A stretch of DNA of 64,000 bases from an uncultured bacterium (GTDB lineage Bacteria; Babelota; Babeliae; Babelales; Vermiphilaceae): assembly GCA_963702025.1 (NCBI GenBank), contig OY969699.1, positions 1,024,001 to 1,088,000 of the forward strand, read 5' to 3'. The position numbers were made by a program, and so were the translations under genes. Below, piece by piece: positions 20,287 to 29,560 of the stretch; the first letter of the stretch is position 1; each line of letters begins with the position of its first letter. The notes beneath the pieces are model-generated. The model did no database searches. It was not told the DNA's origin and was given only the letters and a program-made list of their open reading frames with translations.

Positions 20287-21135
20287 ATGAAGAAGATAAT
20301 AATAGCCCTTTTAATAGGGGCATTTCTGACGATTTCAGGTAGTTTGGTCCTCAACAGCCAATTTGGCCCAAAAAAGGCTGTTTTTAGCCCTTTTAAGGGG
20401 TCAAAAATGGCTCAAGAGCTCTTTTTGGAAAGAAAGGCGATACATGACCATTGTTTGCTCAAAATCAAGGAAGAATTTAATATTCCCGAAGGATCATGGC
20501 ATGATCTGATAGAATCGCATTTTAAGGGCTTGGTTGAAACAGATGATTTGATGGGTGCTAGCACCCATCCTGCTAATTCTCAAGATCCTTCAATTGTTGC
20601 TTTTGCCAAGCAGGCATTGGTTGACTATGGGGTGAATCCCCATAAAGTTGCCATACGCTTGGTGGCCAAATCAGGGAGCCCATGCAGGGCAGTGCAAGAA
20701 ATTGTCTATGGGTCCAACAACAAAAATACGATTGCGCATCGTCTCGATATCAATGAGCGATGGGTAACTCAATACCCGCAAGCAATGCAACAGGCATTTA
20801 TTCGCCACGAAATTATCCACTTAATTCATTACGATTCTTTGGAGGGTGGTCATATTATTGCTCTGTTAAATCAACTTGGGTTGCAAGAAGCCGATTATGC
20901 GCATAAACAATCAATTGTTGAATATCGCCATCAGCGGGAAATGCGCGCCGATATTTTATCATTGTGCGATTATTGCGCGGCAGCAAAAGCAGCACAAGAC
21001 TATTTTGATGCAGCAATGAAAAAAGACCCCAAACAAGATGATCCACAATTATGGTTAACCCATCCGTCGGATAAAAAACGGCATGAACAAATAACGCAAT
21101 TATTGGCAAAGAATAATACAATTACTCTTGCCTAA
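20287..21135 (+). CDS. M48-like zinc metallopeptidase
   Basis: N-terminal hydrophobic segment; HEIIH, EMRAD, THP...R. Confidence 0.8.
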   Translation: MKKIIIALLIGAFLTISGSLVLNSQFGPKKAVFSPFKGSKMAQELFLERKAIHDHCLLKIKEEFNIPEGSWHDLIESHFKGLVETDDLMGASTHPANSQDPSIVAFAKQALVDYGVNPHKVAIRLVAKSGSPCRAVQEIVYGSNNKNTIAHRLDINERWVTQYPQAMQQAFIRHEIIHLIHYDSLEGGHIIALLNQLGLQEADYAHKQSIVEYRHQREMRADILSLCDYCAAAKAAQDYFDAAMKKDPKQDDPQLWLTHPSDKKRHEQITQLLAKNNTITLA

Positions 21136-22634
21136 ATTGGCATAGTTCCACGGGCTGCCATTCTTCCCTCAAGAATGGCAGTAACCACTTCATGGGCGTC
21201 CGGCTCATCATCATAAGCAACAATTACACAATCCGCGTATTCTTTGATAAGTTCAACCGCGTATGGTGAACCATAAAGAACAACCGTTATTTTTTTGCCT
21301 TCGTTGTGCAACTTTTTAATAAGCTTCAATGTTTCGGGTAAAATACCAAAATGAAGATGCTTTAATTTATTCATACCGATCAGAGAAATAACCTGATCCG
21401 CATCACTTGGGTTGCCAAGGCGATTATAGGCAATGGTTACCGCGTTTCTATAAATCTCTTTTTTAAGGTTTTTTGTTTGTTCAATAAGTTCCGGCCATGA
21501 TGGCAACTCATTTTTTGGTGTGCCATACTTTTCTTTCATTCTCAACACGCGAAGCACTTTTTCATCAATAGCCTCTTGAGCTAATCTGCCGCTTTCTACT
21601 GCGCGAACAATATACGCGATAATATGCGGAATTGGCATTCTTTTATTAGCGGGGCAAAGAAGCACATCAACACCTGCTTCCAGCGCTTTAACTTCCAATT
21701 CTCCCGCCTGATGATGATCAGAAATTCCTTTCATGCCGATGCCATCGGTCATTATTATACCCTTAAAGCCAAGTTCTTCTCGTAATAAATGAGTAATAAT
21801 ATTTGCTGATAACGTGGCAGGAATTTTTGGATTGGGTTCCAATTTTGGCATTTGGATGTGTGCCGTCATAATTGCCGGCACATTTGCGCTAATTGCGGCA
21901 CGGAACGGCACCAGTTCAATGGCGTCTAAGCGTTCGCGCTCGTGAAACATAACGGGCAATGCATAATGAGAATCGGTATTGGTATCACCATGGCCGGGAA
22001 AATGTTTTGCGCAGGATGCAACCCGTGCCCGCTCCAAACCACGTATGTAGGCCACCACCATTTGTGCAACTCTATCAGGATATGCGCCAAAGGAGCGGAT
22101 ATTAATTACCGGATTATCCGGATTATTATTAACATCGGCCACGGGTGCCAAATTCATATGAACGCCTAATTTTTGTAACAAGAGCCCAACCAGATAACCG
22201 TATTCTTCTACCAAAGCTGGATCGGGCAATGCGCCGAGCGTCATGTGATGCGGCAGTTTTAACTCGAGCGGTAAATTTTGCAGACGCATGGCTGGCCATT
22301 CCGCGTCAAGGGCAATAAGCAGCGGATCTTTACTCAGGCTTTGAAAACGTGCTGCGGTTGCCGATACATCGTAGGCTATGCAGGCGCCCAAAAATAGTAT
22401 GCCGCCAATATCATGCAGGGTAATTAGTTCTTCAATATGTGGCATATCCATGCGATATGATGAGGTGGCCATAAATTCTTGGTTGTATGCTTCATTGCAT
22501 ACCGCTGCGGCGATAATTAATTGGGCAACTTTTTGCGGGAGCGTTAAGTGTGCCAGTTTTTCTTCCGGCGTTTGCGCAGGTAACAATGGGACGAGGGTTA
22601 CTAGCATTATAATGATATTTTTTTTTCGTAGCAT
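21132..22634 (-). CDS. Exported GH3 beta-N-acetylhexosaminidase
   Basis: APVADVNNNP, RSFG, KHFPGHGDT..DSH, MTDGIGM. Confidence 0.92.
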   Translation of the reverse strand: MLRKKNIIIMLVTLVPLLPAQTPEEKLAHLTLPQKVAQLIIAAAVCNEAYNQEFMATSSYRMDMPHIEELITLHDIGGILFLGACIAYDVSATAARFQSLSKDPLLIALDAEWPAMRLQNLPLELKLPHHMTLGALPDPALVEEYGYLVGLLLQKLGVHMNLAPVADVNNNPDNPVINIRSFGAYPDRVAQMVVAYIRGLERARVASCAKHFPGHGDTNTDSHYALPVMFHERERLDAIELVPFRAAISANVPAIMTAHIQMPKLEPNPKIPATLSANIITHLLREELGFKGIIMTDGIGMKGISDHHQAGELEVKALEAGVDVLLCPANKRMPIPHIIAYIVRAVESGRLAQEAIDEKVLRVLRMKEKYGTPKNELPSWPELIEQTKNLKKEIYRNAVTIAYNRLGNPSDADQVISLIGMNKLKHLHFGILPETLKLIKKLHNEGKKITVVLYGSPYAVELIKEYADCVIVAYDDEPDAHEVVTAILEGRMAARGTMPI

Positions 22635-22654
22635 GACGGGTATCCTTTTTTAAT

Positions 22655-22730
22655 GCTTCGACGGGCTCAGCACGAACGGACTCACCCGTTCGCCCTGAGT
22701 AGAAATCGAAAGATTTCGTATCGAAGGGTC
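22655..22730. repeat. Inverted pair of REP-like hairpin units
   Basis: GCTTCGACGGGCTCAGCACGAACGG followed by the reverse complement of CCCTTCGATAC...ACTCAGGGCGAACGG. Confidence 0.75.
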
Positions 22731-22819
22731 AACTTTTTTCCTTTGCCAATCATAATTCATTTGCTATCATGTAACCATTTTGAAATAGTTTGTTCAAGAT
22801 GTTTTTGCACAAGGAAATA

Positions 22820-23152
22820 ATGTACAGAGTAATGTTGTGTGTCGGAGCTTTATTTTTTAATAGTATTTGTACAATGGAACGTAGCCATTCAATGATAACA
22901 AGATCTCGCGCACGGGTTTTGGAAGAAATGCGTGTTCGGCACGAGAGAAATGAGTTTAAAGAAGAAGTTATCTCTCGTTTCTATAGAACCGCGGGTCTTG
23001 GAATAGTAAGCGTGTGCTGTTTTGGAGGCGCAGAATCAATGGATAGCATAGCGTTAAAGGTATGCTTGGGGTGCGTGGCTTGTGCGTGTGGGCAATTGAG
23101 CTTGATAAGTGGTATGCTCACGGTGAGAGATTATCAGAAATGCAAAGAATAG
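22820..23152 (+). CDS. Cys-rich membrane-hairpin exported protein, array gene 1
   Basis: Signal peptide-MER, charged helix, two hydrophobic segments with VCC and CLGCVACAC. Confidence 0.75.
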   Translation: MYRVMLCVGALFFNSICTMERSHSMITRSRARVLEEMRVRHERNEFKEEVISRFYRTAGLGIVSVCCFGGAESMDSIALKVCLGCVACACGQLSLISGMLTVRDYQKCKE

Positions 23153-23234
23153 GGCGGTACCCTTGTTGCAAAAAGAAAGTCCAAAGCGTTTTGAGTTACC
23201 TTTGTTGTTATGCCGACCAAAAGGAGAACGTTGA

Positions 23235-23765
23235 ATGATATTTGTAATGCTACTCTGTGTTTTTAGCGCTATCACTGCGATGGAGCAACCATCTCAACAT
23301 GAGAAGGGCAAAGCTCTTTTGCATTATAAAAAGGCGCGTGATGCATGGTTTGATTGTGCTTGGGACTCTTTTTATTATCGTGAAAAAGATGACGATGGTC
23401 GCGAAACAATGTTTTGCGCAAGAAAGAATCAATATGAAACCTGGCTTGCGGGAAATCGGAGTCGCATTAAGACCGAATGTATTTGTATAGCGTTAACCTC
23501 GGTCGCAACCATTTGTTGTATAAGTTACTTATTGTCAGAAAATATTACCGATAATTCTCAAGAAGTTTGTAGAAATTTTTCTTTAACAGATTGCTTATGT
23601 TGCTGGGGAGCTACTCTTTGTCCGGTAGAGTGTTATCTGAGCGTTCGCAATCTCTGTGATACATGTAAAGAAAAAAAATCAACTAAAACTTTATTGTGTG
23701 ACTATGAAAAAATTGAACAATTAAGGCCGGTCGAGGTTATAATTCAAAAGATGCACAATGAATAG
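23235..23765 (+). CDS. Cys-rich array gene 2
   Basis: Signal peptide-AMEQ; CICI..TICC; CLCCWG..LC..EC. Confidence 0.75.
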   Translation: MIFVMLLCVFSAITAMEQPSQHEKGKALLHYKKARDAWFDCAWDSFYYREKDDDGRETMFCARKNQYETWLAGNRSRIKTECICIALTSVATICCISYLLSENITDNSQEVCRNFSLTDCLCCWGATLCPVECYLSVRNLCDTCKEKKSTKTLLCDYEKIEQLRPVEVIIQKMHNE

Positions 23766-23796
23766 AGCAGAGTCATCTTTTGTTAAGGTATGGATA

Positions 23797-24171
23797 ATGA
23801 AAAAATTTACTGTCTTTGGTCTTTTATTGTGTGGCATGGTGCACGCAATGAATGAGAAGATTACACATCGATTAGCAGAACGAGAAAAATGGGCAATTAC
23901 AGCGGGATTACGCGAACCGAGTGAAAGTGAACAAGAAAGAATGGAAATAGTGAAAGATCATGCAAAAACAATGAGCTGGCTCAGTGCAGGTAGTTTGTTG
24001 CTTGCCGCGACCTGCTTTGGTATTGGTGCGCAATCATATTCTGCAGAAACAAAACTGCTCACTTCTTTGTGTGGTGAAGTGTGCTGTTATTGTGGACTCG
24101 TCACGTGCGTGTGCGGATGTTGCAGTTGGCGTAAGTATCGGAATGAAAGACGAAGTTGGGGATATAAATAA
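23797..24171 (+). CDS. Cys-rich array gene 3
   Basis: MKKF...VHAMNE; CGEVCCYCGLVTCVCGCC then basic tail. Confidence 0.78.
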   Translation: MKKFTVFGLLLCGMVHAMNEKITHRLAEREKWAITAGLREPSESEQERMEIVKDHAKTMSWLSAGSLLLAATCFGIGAQSYSAETKLLTSLCGEVCCYCGLVTCVCGCCSWRKYRNERRSWGYK

Positions 24172-24554
24172 TGAAGAAACTATTTATGGTTTTTTTGTTG
24201 TTGCATTGCGCATTGAGCTGTGCCATGGCCGATAAAGACAGGAGAGAGCTCAGGGCAATATCTGAGCGGAGCAAGAATGAAGAAAAACAAGAAATCAAAA
24301 TATATGCGCTTCTCTCGGCAGTGTCTTTTTCTAGTACATTATTCGGCTTATACGAGTCACGCAACTTTTTAAGAACAATGTATGATAATGAAATGCAACA
24401 GCGGTGTTCGGTGCGCACTCAAAGTTCACTAAAAGATTCGCAGAGAGTGGTTGGCTGCATTGTTTGTGGTATAGTAACTTGTGTAGTCTGCTTGGGGCTC
24501 TGTGATCACTGTCAACGACATTGCAAATATAAGAAGGCACTCCGTGATTTATAA
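24171..24554 (+). CDS. Cys-rich array gene 4
   Basis: CALSCAMAD; GCIVCGIVTCVVCLGLCDHC..HCKYKK. Confidence 0.78.
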   Translation: MKKLFMVFLLLHCALSCAMADKDRRELRAISERSKNEEKQEIKIYALLSAVSFSSTLFGLYESRNFLRTMYDNEMQQRCSVRTQSSLKDSQRVVGCIVCGIVTCVVCLGLCDHCQRHCKYKKALRDL

Positions 24555-24987
24555 AACAATCTCATTTCTTTTTTTCTCAGTACTCATGATGAGTACACAA
24601 GGTATGGAAGAGGAAAAGCGAAAACAATTACAATGCAAAATAAACGAAGAGTGTTCGAATGCGGCTCGCGATAGAAAGAGACTCGAATTTAAAAAATATG
24701 CGGATTTCTATAAAGAAAATCGCAATACTATGCTTCTGTGGGGTTCGGGCACTGGTACAATAACGGCGGCATGTTCTTATGCGCTACGCGATATCTTTGG
24801 CAAAAGTTTGGAATTTTTAACTGCAGAACATCCCGAAATAGTGCCCCCAATCATGCTGGGGCCCAAAGAACAATGGGCTTGCATTTGCTGCGTATTTTGT
24901 GGACTTGGCACCGCTAGCTTTTGTTTTTTTGCATGGGAGGAGTGCCAGAAATATCGTGAACATGATAAAAAATATCATGAACAATAA
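24544..24987 (+). CDS. Cys-rich array gene 5 (GTG start)
   Basis: STQGMEE; CICCVFCGLG...C...WEECQKY. Confidence 0.75.
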   Translation: MIYKTISFLFFSVLMMSTQGMEEEKRKQLQCKINEECSNAARDRKRLEFKKYADFYKENRNTMLLWGSGTGTITAACSYALRDIFGKSLEFLTAEHPEIVPPIMLGPKEQWACICCVFCGLGTASFCFFAWEECQKYREHDKKYHEQ

Positions 24988-25020
24988 GCACCCTGCCCTC
25001 CTGCTGATTATGCACAAGTA

Positions 25021-25449
25021 ATGAGTAAGAGATTGTTATTACTTTTTTTGATATTGAAGTGCGCTTTGAGCAGTGCCATGACCAATGAAGAAGTGCAGCG
25101 GAAAAAAAGAGAAGCGCTTCAAAGAATTGACGAGAGAAATATAAGAAGAGCGCTGGTTGCCCGAGATATGGCGGATGACATAAAAGGTCTCAAACAAAAT
25201 ATAATCTTTGGTGGCTCCTCTTTGCTGGCAACAGTAGGATGTTTTTTTGTTGGACGTCAATCAGTACGATATTTTTATACTGGTATAATAGGGGACCAAT
25301 GTGCTGATGTAACGTTTATTCCTAGTACAGATGCCAATGCATTTTGTTGTGGTCTTTTATGTGGGCTAACAACATGTATTGGTTGCCTTCTGGTATGTGA
25401 TAATTGTCGACGATATAATAAACATAAAAAACGGTATCATGAAATCTAA
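25021..25449 (+). CDS. Cys-rich array gene 6
   Basis: CALSSAMTN; FCCGLLCGLTTCIGCLLVCDNCRRYNK, closest to gene 4. Confidence 0.78.
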   Translation: MSKRLLLLFLILKCALSSAMTNEEVQRKKREALQRIDERNIRRALVARDMADDIKGLKQNIIFGGSSLLATVGCFFVGRQSVRYFYTGIIGDQCADVTFIPSTDANAFCCGLLCGLTTCIGCLLVCDNCRRYNKHKKRYHEI

Positions 25450-25783
25450 TATTGGATTACTAATTCTCATTATCGGTATGCCACTACCGGCCATGAATAA
25501 TGAAAGACACTATGAAACACAACCGAATGTTGAATTTGCAAAATCATTTGTTCAAGGGTTAGTTCTCCTGGGGGCCGGCTCAAAATATTTCATAGTGGCA
25601 GATCGTAATCGCACAAAATATCGTTTACAAGAAAATGGTTCCCAGGCTTTTTCAGAAATATATTATGATGTTGGGCAGAAAGTGGCTTGTTGTTGCGGGA
25701 CTCTTCATTTTTGTTGCGCCTGTGGTATTTTTGGTTACGGATTGTATAAAAAACATGGTCGAAGGAATTTTCGTGAAGAATAA
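25439..25783 (+). CDS. Cys-rich array gene 7
   Basis: LPAMNN; ACCCGTLHFCCACG then basic tail. Confidence 0.72.
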   Translation: MKSNIGLLILIIGMPLPAMNNERHYETQPNVEFAKSFVQGLVLLGAGSKYFIVADRNRTKYRLQENGSQAFSEIYYDVGQKVACCCGTLHFCCACGIFGYGLYKKHGRRNFREE

Positions 25784-26189
25784 GATATTTGTATTACTTG
25801 CAATAACAACGATTAACGTGGGTGCAATGACAAGAAAAGAATTGCGCCTGCGGCATCAAGAACGTCAAGCACGAGAAAAAGTTCAACAAGCAGAAACAAT
25901 AAACTATGAGGAACATAAGGCACGCCAAAAAAATGAACAGTTTGAGATGCTAAAAACAGTTCTTTGTTTTGACGCAGCAACTGTAGCTGCCGGACTTGCT
26001 CTTATTAAATTTGGACCGAATTGCTATGAATTTCCGGCTCCTTGTGGCATAGGTTGCAGTTTGGTTTGCGCCGGATGCGTTACCGCGGGTGCATCAGTTG
26101 ATCATTATTTGTATGAATATAATCCAGAATATAAAGAATGTTGTGACAATGTACTTTGTGGTGGGCCACGCGCAAGTAAGCTGCAATAA
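25773..26189 (+). CDS. Cys-rich array gene 8 (GTG start)
   Basis: AAGGA RBS; VGAMTR; PCGIGCSLVCAGC...ECCDNVLC. Confidence 0.72.
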   Translation: MKNKIFVLLAITTINVGAMTRKELRLRHQERQAREKVQQAETINYEEHKARQKNEQFEMLKTVLCFDAATVAAGLALIKFGPNCYEFPAPCGIGCSLVCAGCVTAGASVDHYLYEYNPEYKECCDNVLCGGPRASKLQ

Positions 26190-26242
26190 GATCTTTTTTT
26201 GATGATTATTTTGAAAACGTATAAATCTAAGGTAAAAACAGT

Positions 26243-26569
26243 ATGAAAAAACTACTATTTCTTTTATTGCTTTCTCTCTCATCATTTAATTGTCATGGCA
26301 TGGTAACGCGCAATCAAGTGCGTCAACGTATATTACAAAGTCAAAAAGTTCAACCGGCCACCTTTACCGATGAAAAAATAAAGGTGCATCTTTCTCGTAA
26401 TAGATTGGATGAGTGTCCCGATTGCGTAGACTTCACATCTTTAGCTGGCCTTGCTGGCTTGACTGCGGCATTTCTTTGCTGTGCTAGTGGTAATTCTACC
26501 GCCGGATACTACTTTGGATTGCCATCAGCCATCGCATTATGTACACAATTAGATGAATGTGGAGAATGA
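26243..26569 (+). CDS. Cys-rich array gene 9
   Basis: CHGMVTR; CPDC, FLCC, two hydrophobic segments. Confidence 0.72.
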   Translation: MKKLLFLLLLSLSSFNCHGMVTRNQVRQRILQSQKVQPATFTDEKIKVHLSRNRLDECPDCVDFTSLAGLAGLTAAFLCCASGNSTAGYYFGLPSAIALCTQLDECGE

Positions 26570-26573
26570 GGCG

Positions 26574-26861
26574 ATGATTGGCTTACGGATGCTCTTTTGT
26601 GTTCTGTGCTTAGTAAGTTTGTCTTCATTTGGTATGGCGCCAGGCAATGGGCCCGGCAACCGTGCTCGAATAAGTCAGCTTAGGGCTAATTGCTATGCAG
26701 TGACGCTTATTACTCTCTGTAACGTGCTGATTTATTTTTCCGATAGATATGAATTTACCTATACAAGTCCACTATTGCTTGACGTTGGTTCTAAGATAGT
26801 TGGGTATAGTGCTATGGGCATTGCTTTGTGGGCAAGTATGGTTGCTCATAATGAGTTGTGA
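26574..26861 (+). CDS. Array gene 10 (membrane hairpin, fewer Cys)
   Basis: SFGMAP; two hydrophobic segments. Confidence 0.62.
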   Translation: MIGLRMLFCVLCLVSLSSFGMAPGNGPGNRARISQLRANCYAVTLITLCNVLIYFSDRYEFTYTSPLLLDVGSKIVGYSAMGIALWASMVAHNEL

Positions 26862-26935
26862 TGATTTTGTTGATTTTTATTTGTGGTTTCGACTACAACT
26901 AGAATAACTAATAATTCACAAAAAGGAGTACCGGT

Positions 26936-27289
26936 ATGGCAACCATTCATTTGAATAAAAAAGGGCTTGAACAAGCGGAACGGCTTATTAAAGCGGGTGA
27001 AATTGAGACTTTTGATACCAATTGGGCAGCAGAAAAACCAACAACCGATGAAGTGCTTAACTACATTAACGCGCACTATATGGATGAATACGGCAGCTGG
27101 TTTTTGGGAGTGAATGTTGATATGCCCAAAGATGTTAAAGAACACTATGATTATCCCTATGGCGATTTAAAAACAGTGCAACGTAGTGCGCTTGTTGATA
27201 CTATTGCGCGTGCAGATAAAGCAGGGCATAAAGATATTGCGCAAGTGGCCAAACGGTTGCTCGAAATGGTTGATAAACGAGCAAAGTAA
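26936..27289 (+). CDS. Conserved-looking hypothetical protein
   Basis: AAGGAG RBS; EYGSWFLG...YDYPYGD...V.R pattern. Confidence 0.8.
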   Translation: MATIHLNKKGLEQAERLIKAGEIETFDTNWAAEKPTTDEVLNYINAHYMDEYGSWFLGVNVDMPKDVKEHYDYPYGDLKTVQRSALVDTIARADKAGHKDIAQVAKRLLEMVDKRAK

Positions 27290-27292
27290 TTG

Positions 27293-27489
27293 TACCTTAT
27301 GCGTAATAAGATGCATAAAAAATGAATTCGCCAGAAACCGCTCATGGTGAGTGATTGCGAAGCAATCGTATCGAACCATAATTTGAAAAATTTAAATCAT
27401 AAGAACCCTTCGATACACCGCTCTGCGAGCGGCACTCAGGGCGAGCGGAACAAGCGTACCTTTTTGTTAAAATAATTACGCATAAGGTC
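27293..27489. mobile_element. MITE with IS5/ISL2 ends carrying two REP-like units
   Basis: ACCTTATGCGTAATAAGA (27294-27311) equals IS left end 5308-5325; ATTACGCATAAGGTC+TA (27475-27491) equals IS right end; 197 bp, no transposase. Confidence 0.85.
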
Positions 27490-27491
27490 TA

Positions 27492-28829
27492 TTATATTCC
27501 TGTCGGATAGGTTTCGGGGAATTCGGCGCTGATCCATGCGGGAGTTTTTTCCAGCGGTTCAACTGCTTTTGTCTGGTCAAGGTGAATAACGGCATCGAAT
27601 TGGCTTGAAAGTGCTGCATTAAAATAATGGCTGGTCCGTTCGGTTTCCGGGCGATAGATAACGCCGATGGCCCGTTCTAATTTTACCTGTTGGAACGCTT
27701 TTTTAAGTTCTTGATTTTCCTGTAAAAAGAGCATGAAATTAGGTATTTCTGCTTGGTGGAGCACCGCTTCGTAGCTATTGGCAAGCGCCGGGCGCACCTG
27801 TTTACGTTCAACCGTGCCATCCCATTCGGTTGCGGCCGAAACGGTTCCTGAATAGGTAGTAAATCCAATGAGCTTCGCCTGATCTTTATAGGTTTCTTTC
27901 ATTAATTGCCCGATATTAATTTCTCCTAATTGGCCTAATTGGGTTGCTTTCGCGTTGCCGATATGAGAGTTGTGGGCCCAAATAACCATTTTTGGTGTTT
28001 CACCTTTTTTGCTGATGTGATCAATAATTGCTTGCGCTGTTTGCATCATATGAGTATCTCGGATGTTCCATGAATCGGCCGGCGACCCAAAAAAAAGTGA
28101 GCGGTAATAATGCTCGGCATCTTTTATCAGCTGGGCATTTTGCTGCGCAAAAAAATATTCTTCAACCGCTTTTTGCCCGTCTTTGCGCAATAGTTCCAGT
28201 GAATTTTGGTGTATATCTTTTAGCTGCTCTAAAACTTGTTGCTGGCACGAGGCGCTGATATCAAACATCGTTGCATAGCCATATTGTTGCGCATTGCGTT
28301 CATACAGTTGCAAACAATTATAGCGCGATCGTGCCCGTTGGGCGGCTGCCGCGTCTGTTTTATCAAGGTAAGATAGAACTTCATCAATAGATTGGTAAAG
28401 GCTGTATAGATCCAGGCCATAGAGGCCCACCTGTTTGATGTCTTTGACGGTGCGGTTGTGATGATAAAGAGCACTGACGAATTCCACCATGGCGGTGTTG
28501 CGCCACATCCATTGCGGGAACCGCTTAAAGCCATCAAGGGCGTGAATGGTATCCGTATCCATTTTTTGACCCTGAATATACCGGTTGATCCGGTAGGCGT
28601 CGGGCCAATCCGCTTCAAGGCCGATAGCATTAAACCCTTTTTTGGTGATTAATTCCAGGGTGATCCGAGCGCGTAACGCATAGAATTCATGGGTGCCGTG
28701 CGTTGCTTCTCCCAGTAATACGCAGCGCGCATCGCCAATATAATCGAGCAAAGAATTGAGTTCATCCTTTTTTCCCGTTAAGGGGCGTGCATATTTTTTG
28801 CAGAATGCAATCAGTTCTTTTTCAACCAT
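27492..28829 (-). CDS. Erythromycin esterase family protein
   Basis: LLGEATHGTHEFY, EADWPD, FPQWMWRN, WAHNSHIG, ERAIGVIY..SHY. Confidence 0.93.
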   Translation of the reverse strand: MVEKELIAFCKKYARPLTGKKDELNSLLDYIGDARCVLLGEATHGTHEFYALRARITLELITKKGFNAIGLEADWPDAYRINRYIQGQKMDTDTIHALDGFKRFPQWMWRNTAMVEFVSALYHHNRTVKDIKQVGLYGLDLYSLYQSIDEVLSYLDKTDAAAAQRARSRYNCLQLYERNAQQYGYATMFDISASCQQQVLEQLKDIHQNSLELLRKDGQKAVEEYFFAQQNAQLIKDAEHYYRSLFFGSPADSWNIRDTHMMQTAQAIIDHISKKGETPKMVIWAHNSHIGNAKATQLGQLGEINIGQLMKETYKDQAKLIGFTTYSGTVSAATEWDGTVERKQVRPALANSYEAVLHQAEIPNFMLFLQENQELKKAFQQVKLERAIGVIYRPETERTSHYFNAALSSQFDAVIHLDQTKAVEPLEKTPAWISAEFPETYPTGI

Positions 28830-28927
28830 TTCTTTTCCTTTTTTTAAGCCGTTGGCGCTTCATTTGTAATTTATCATAGTAAGTAGGAGTAATTTTGCGC
28901 AATACTGTATAAAAAAGGGGGACAGTA

Positions 28928-29560
28928 ATGTTTAAAAATCGTTTTGACGCGGGCAAACAACTTGCGCAAAAGCTTATGGAGTATAAAGATAATCCCAATG
29001 TAGTAATTTTAGCCATCCCGCGGGGGGCTCTTGAGATTGGCAGCGTGTTAACGCAAGAGTTACATGCGCCGCTGGATGTGGTACTCACCAAAAAAATCGG
29101 TTATCCAGGAAATCCTGAATACGCGATTGGCGCGGTGAGTCTTGATAGTGTTATTATCGATAAACGGGCTCTGGAATTTTCTGGTGACTTGGAAGCGCAT
29201 CTAAAGCAAGAAATTGCGCAAATTAAAGCGCTACTCCAACAGCGCTCCGCCCAATATCATGGTGTGCGCGAACCGATTCCGCTCAACAATAAAATTATTA
29301 TTCTGACCGATGATGGTATTGCAACGGGTAAAACACTAGAGGCAACTATTGATCTGATTAAAAAGCAAAGTCCACAAAAAATTATTGTTGCCGTGCCGGT
29401 GGCGTCACGCGAAGCATTGCATCTCATTAAAAAGAAGGTTGATGAGGTGGTTTGTTTACTGGTGCCGGATATTTTTATGAGTGTTGGGCAATGGTATGAA
29501 AATTTTGATCAAGTGAGTGATGAAGAAGCAATTGAGTTGCTGCAAGGATCATTTGTATGA
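28928..29560 (+). CDS. Phosphoribosyltransferase-family protein (Rv2030c N-terminal type)
   Basis: FKNRFDAG..LA, IPRG, DDGIATG, VAVPV, VGQWY..F.QV.D. Confidence 0.9.
   Translation: MFKNRFDAGKQLAQKLMEYKDNPNVVILAIPRGALEIGSVLTQELHAPLDVVLTKKIGYPGNPEYAIGAVSLDSVIIDKRALEFSGDLEAHLKQEIAQIKALLQQRSAQYHGVREPIPLNNKIIILTDDGIATGKTLEATIDLIKKQSPQKIIVAVPVASREALHLIKKKVDEVVCLLVPDIFMSVGQWYENFDQVSDEEAIELLQGSFV

Noticed and set aside
22820..26861. RiPP precursor cluster or integron cassette array reading of the Cys-rich genes
   Set aside because: No modifying enzymes or integrase nearby; genes overlap, leaving no room for attC sites; products have Sec-like leaders and TM segments
8598..28829. Antibiotic resistance calls (chloramphenicol phosphotransferase, erythromycin esterase)
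   Set aside because: Family-level similarity only; substrate cannot be inferred from sequence
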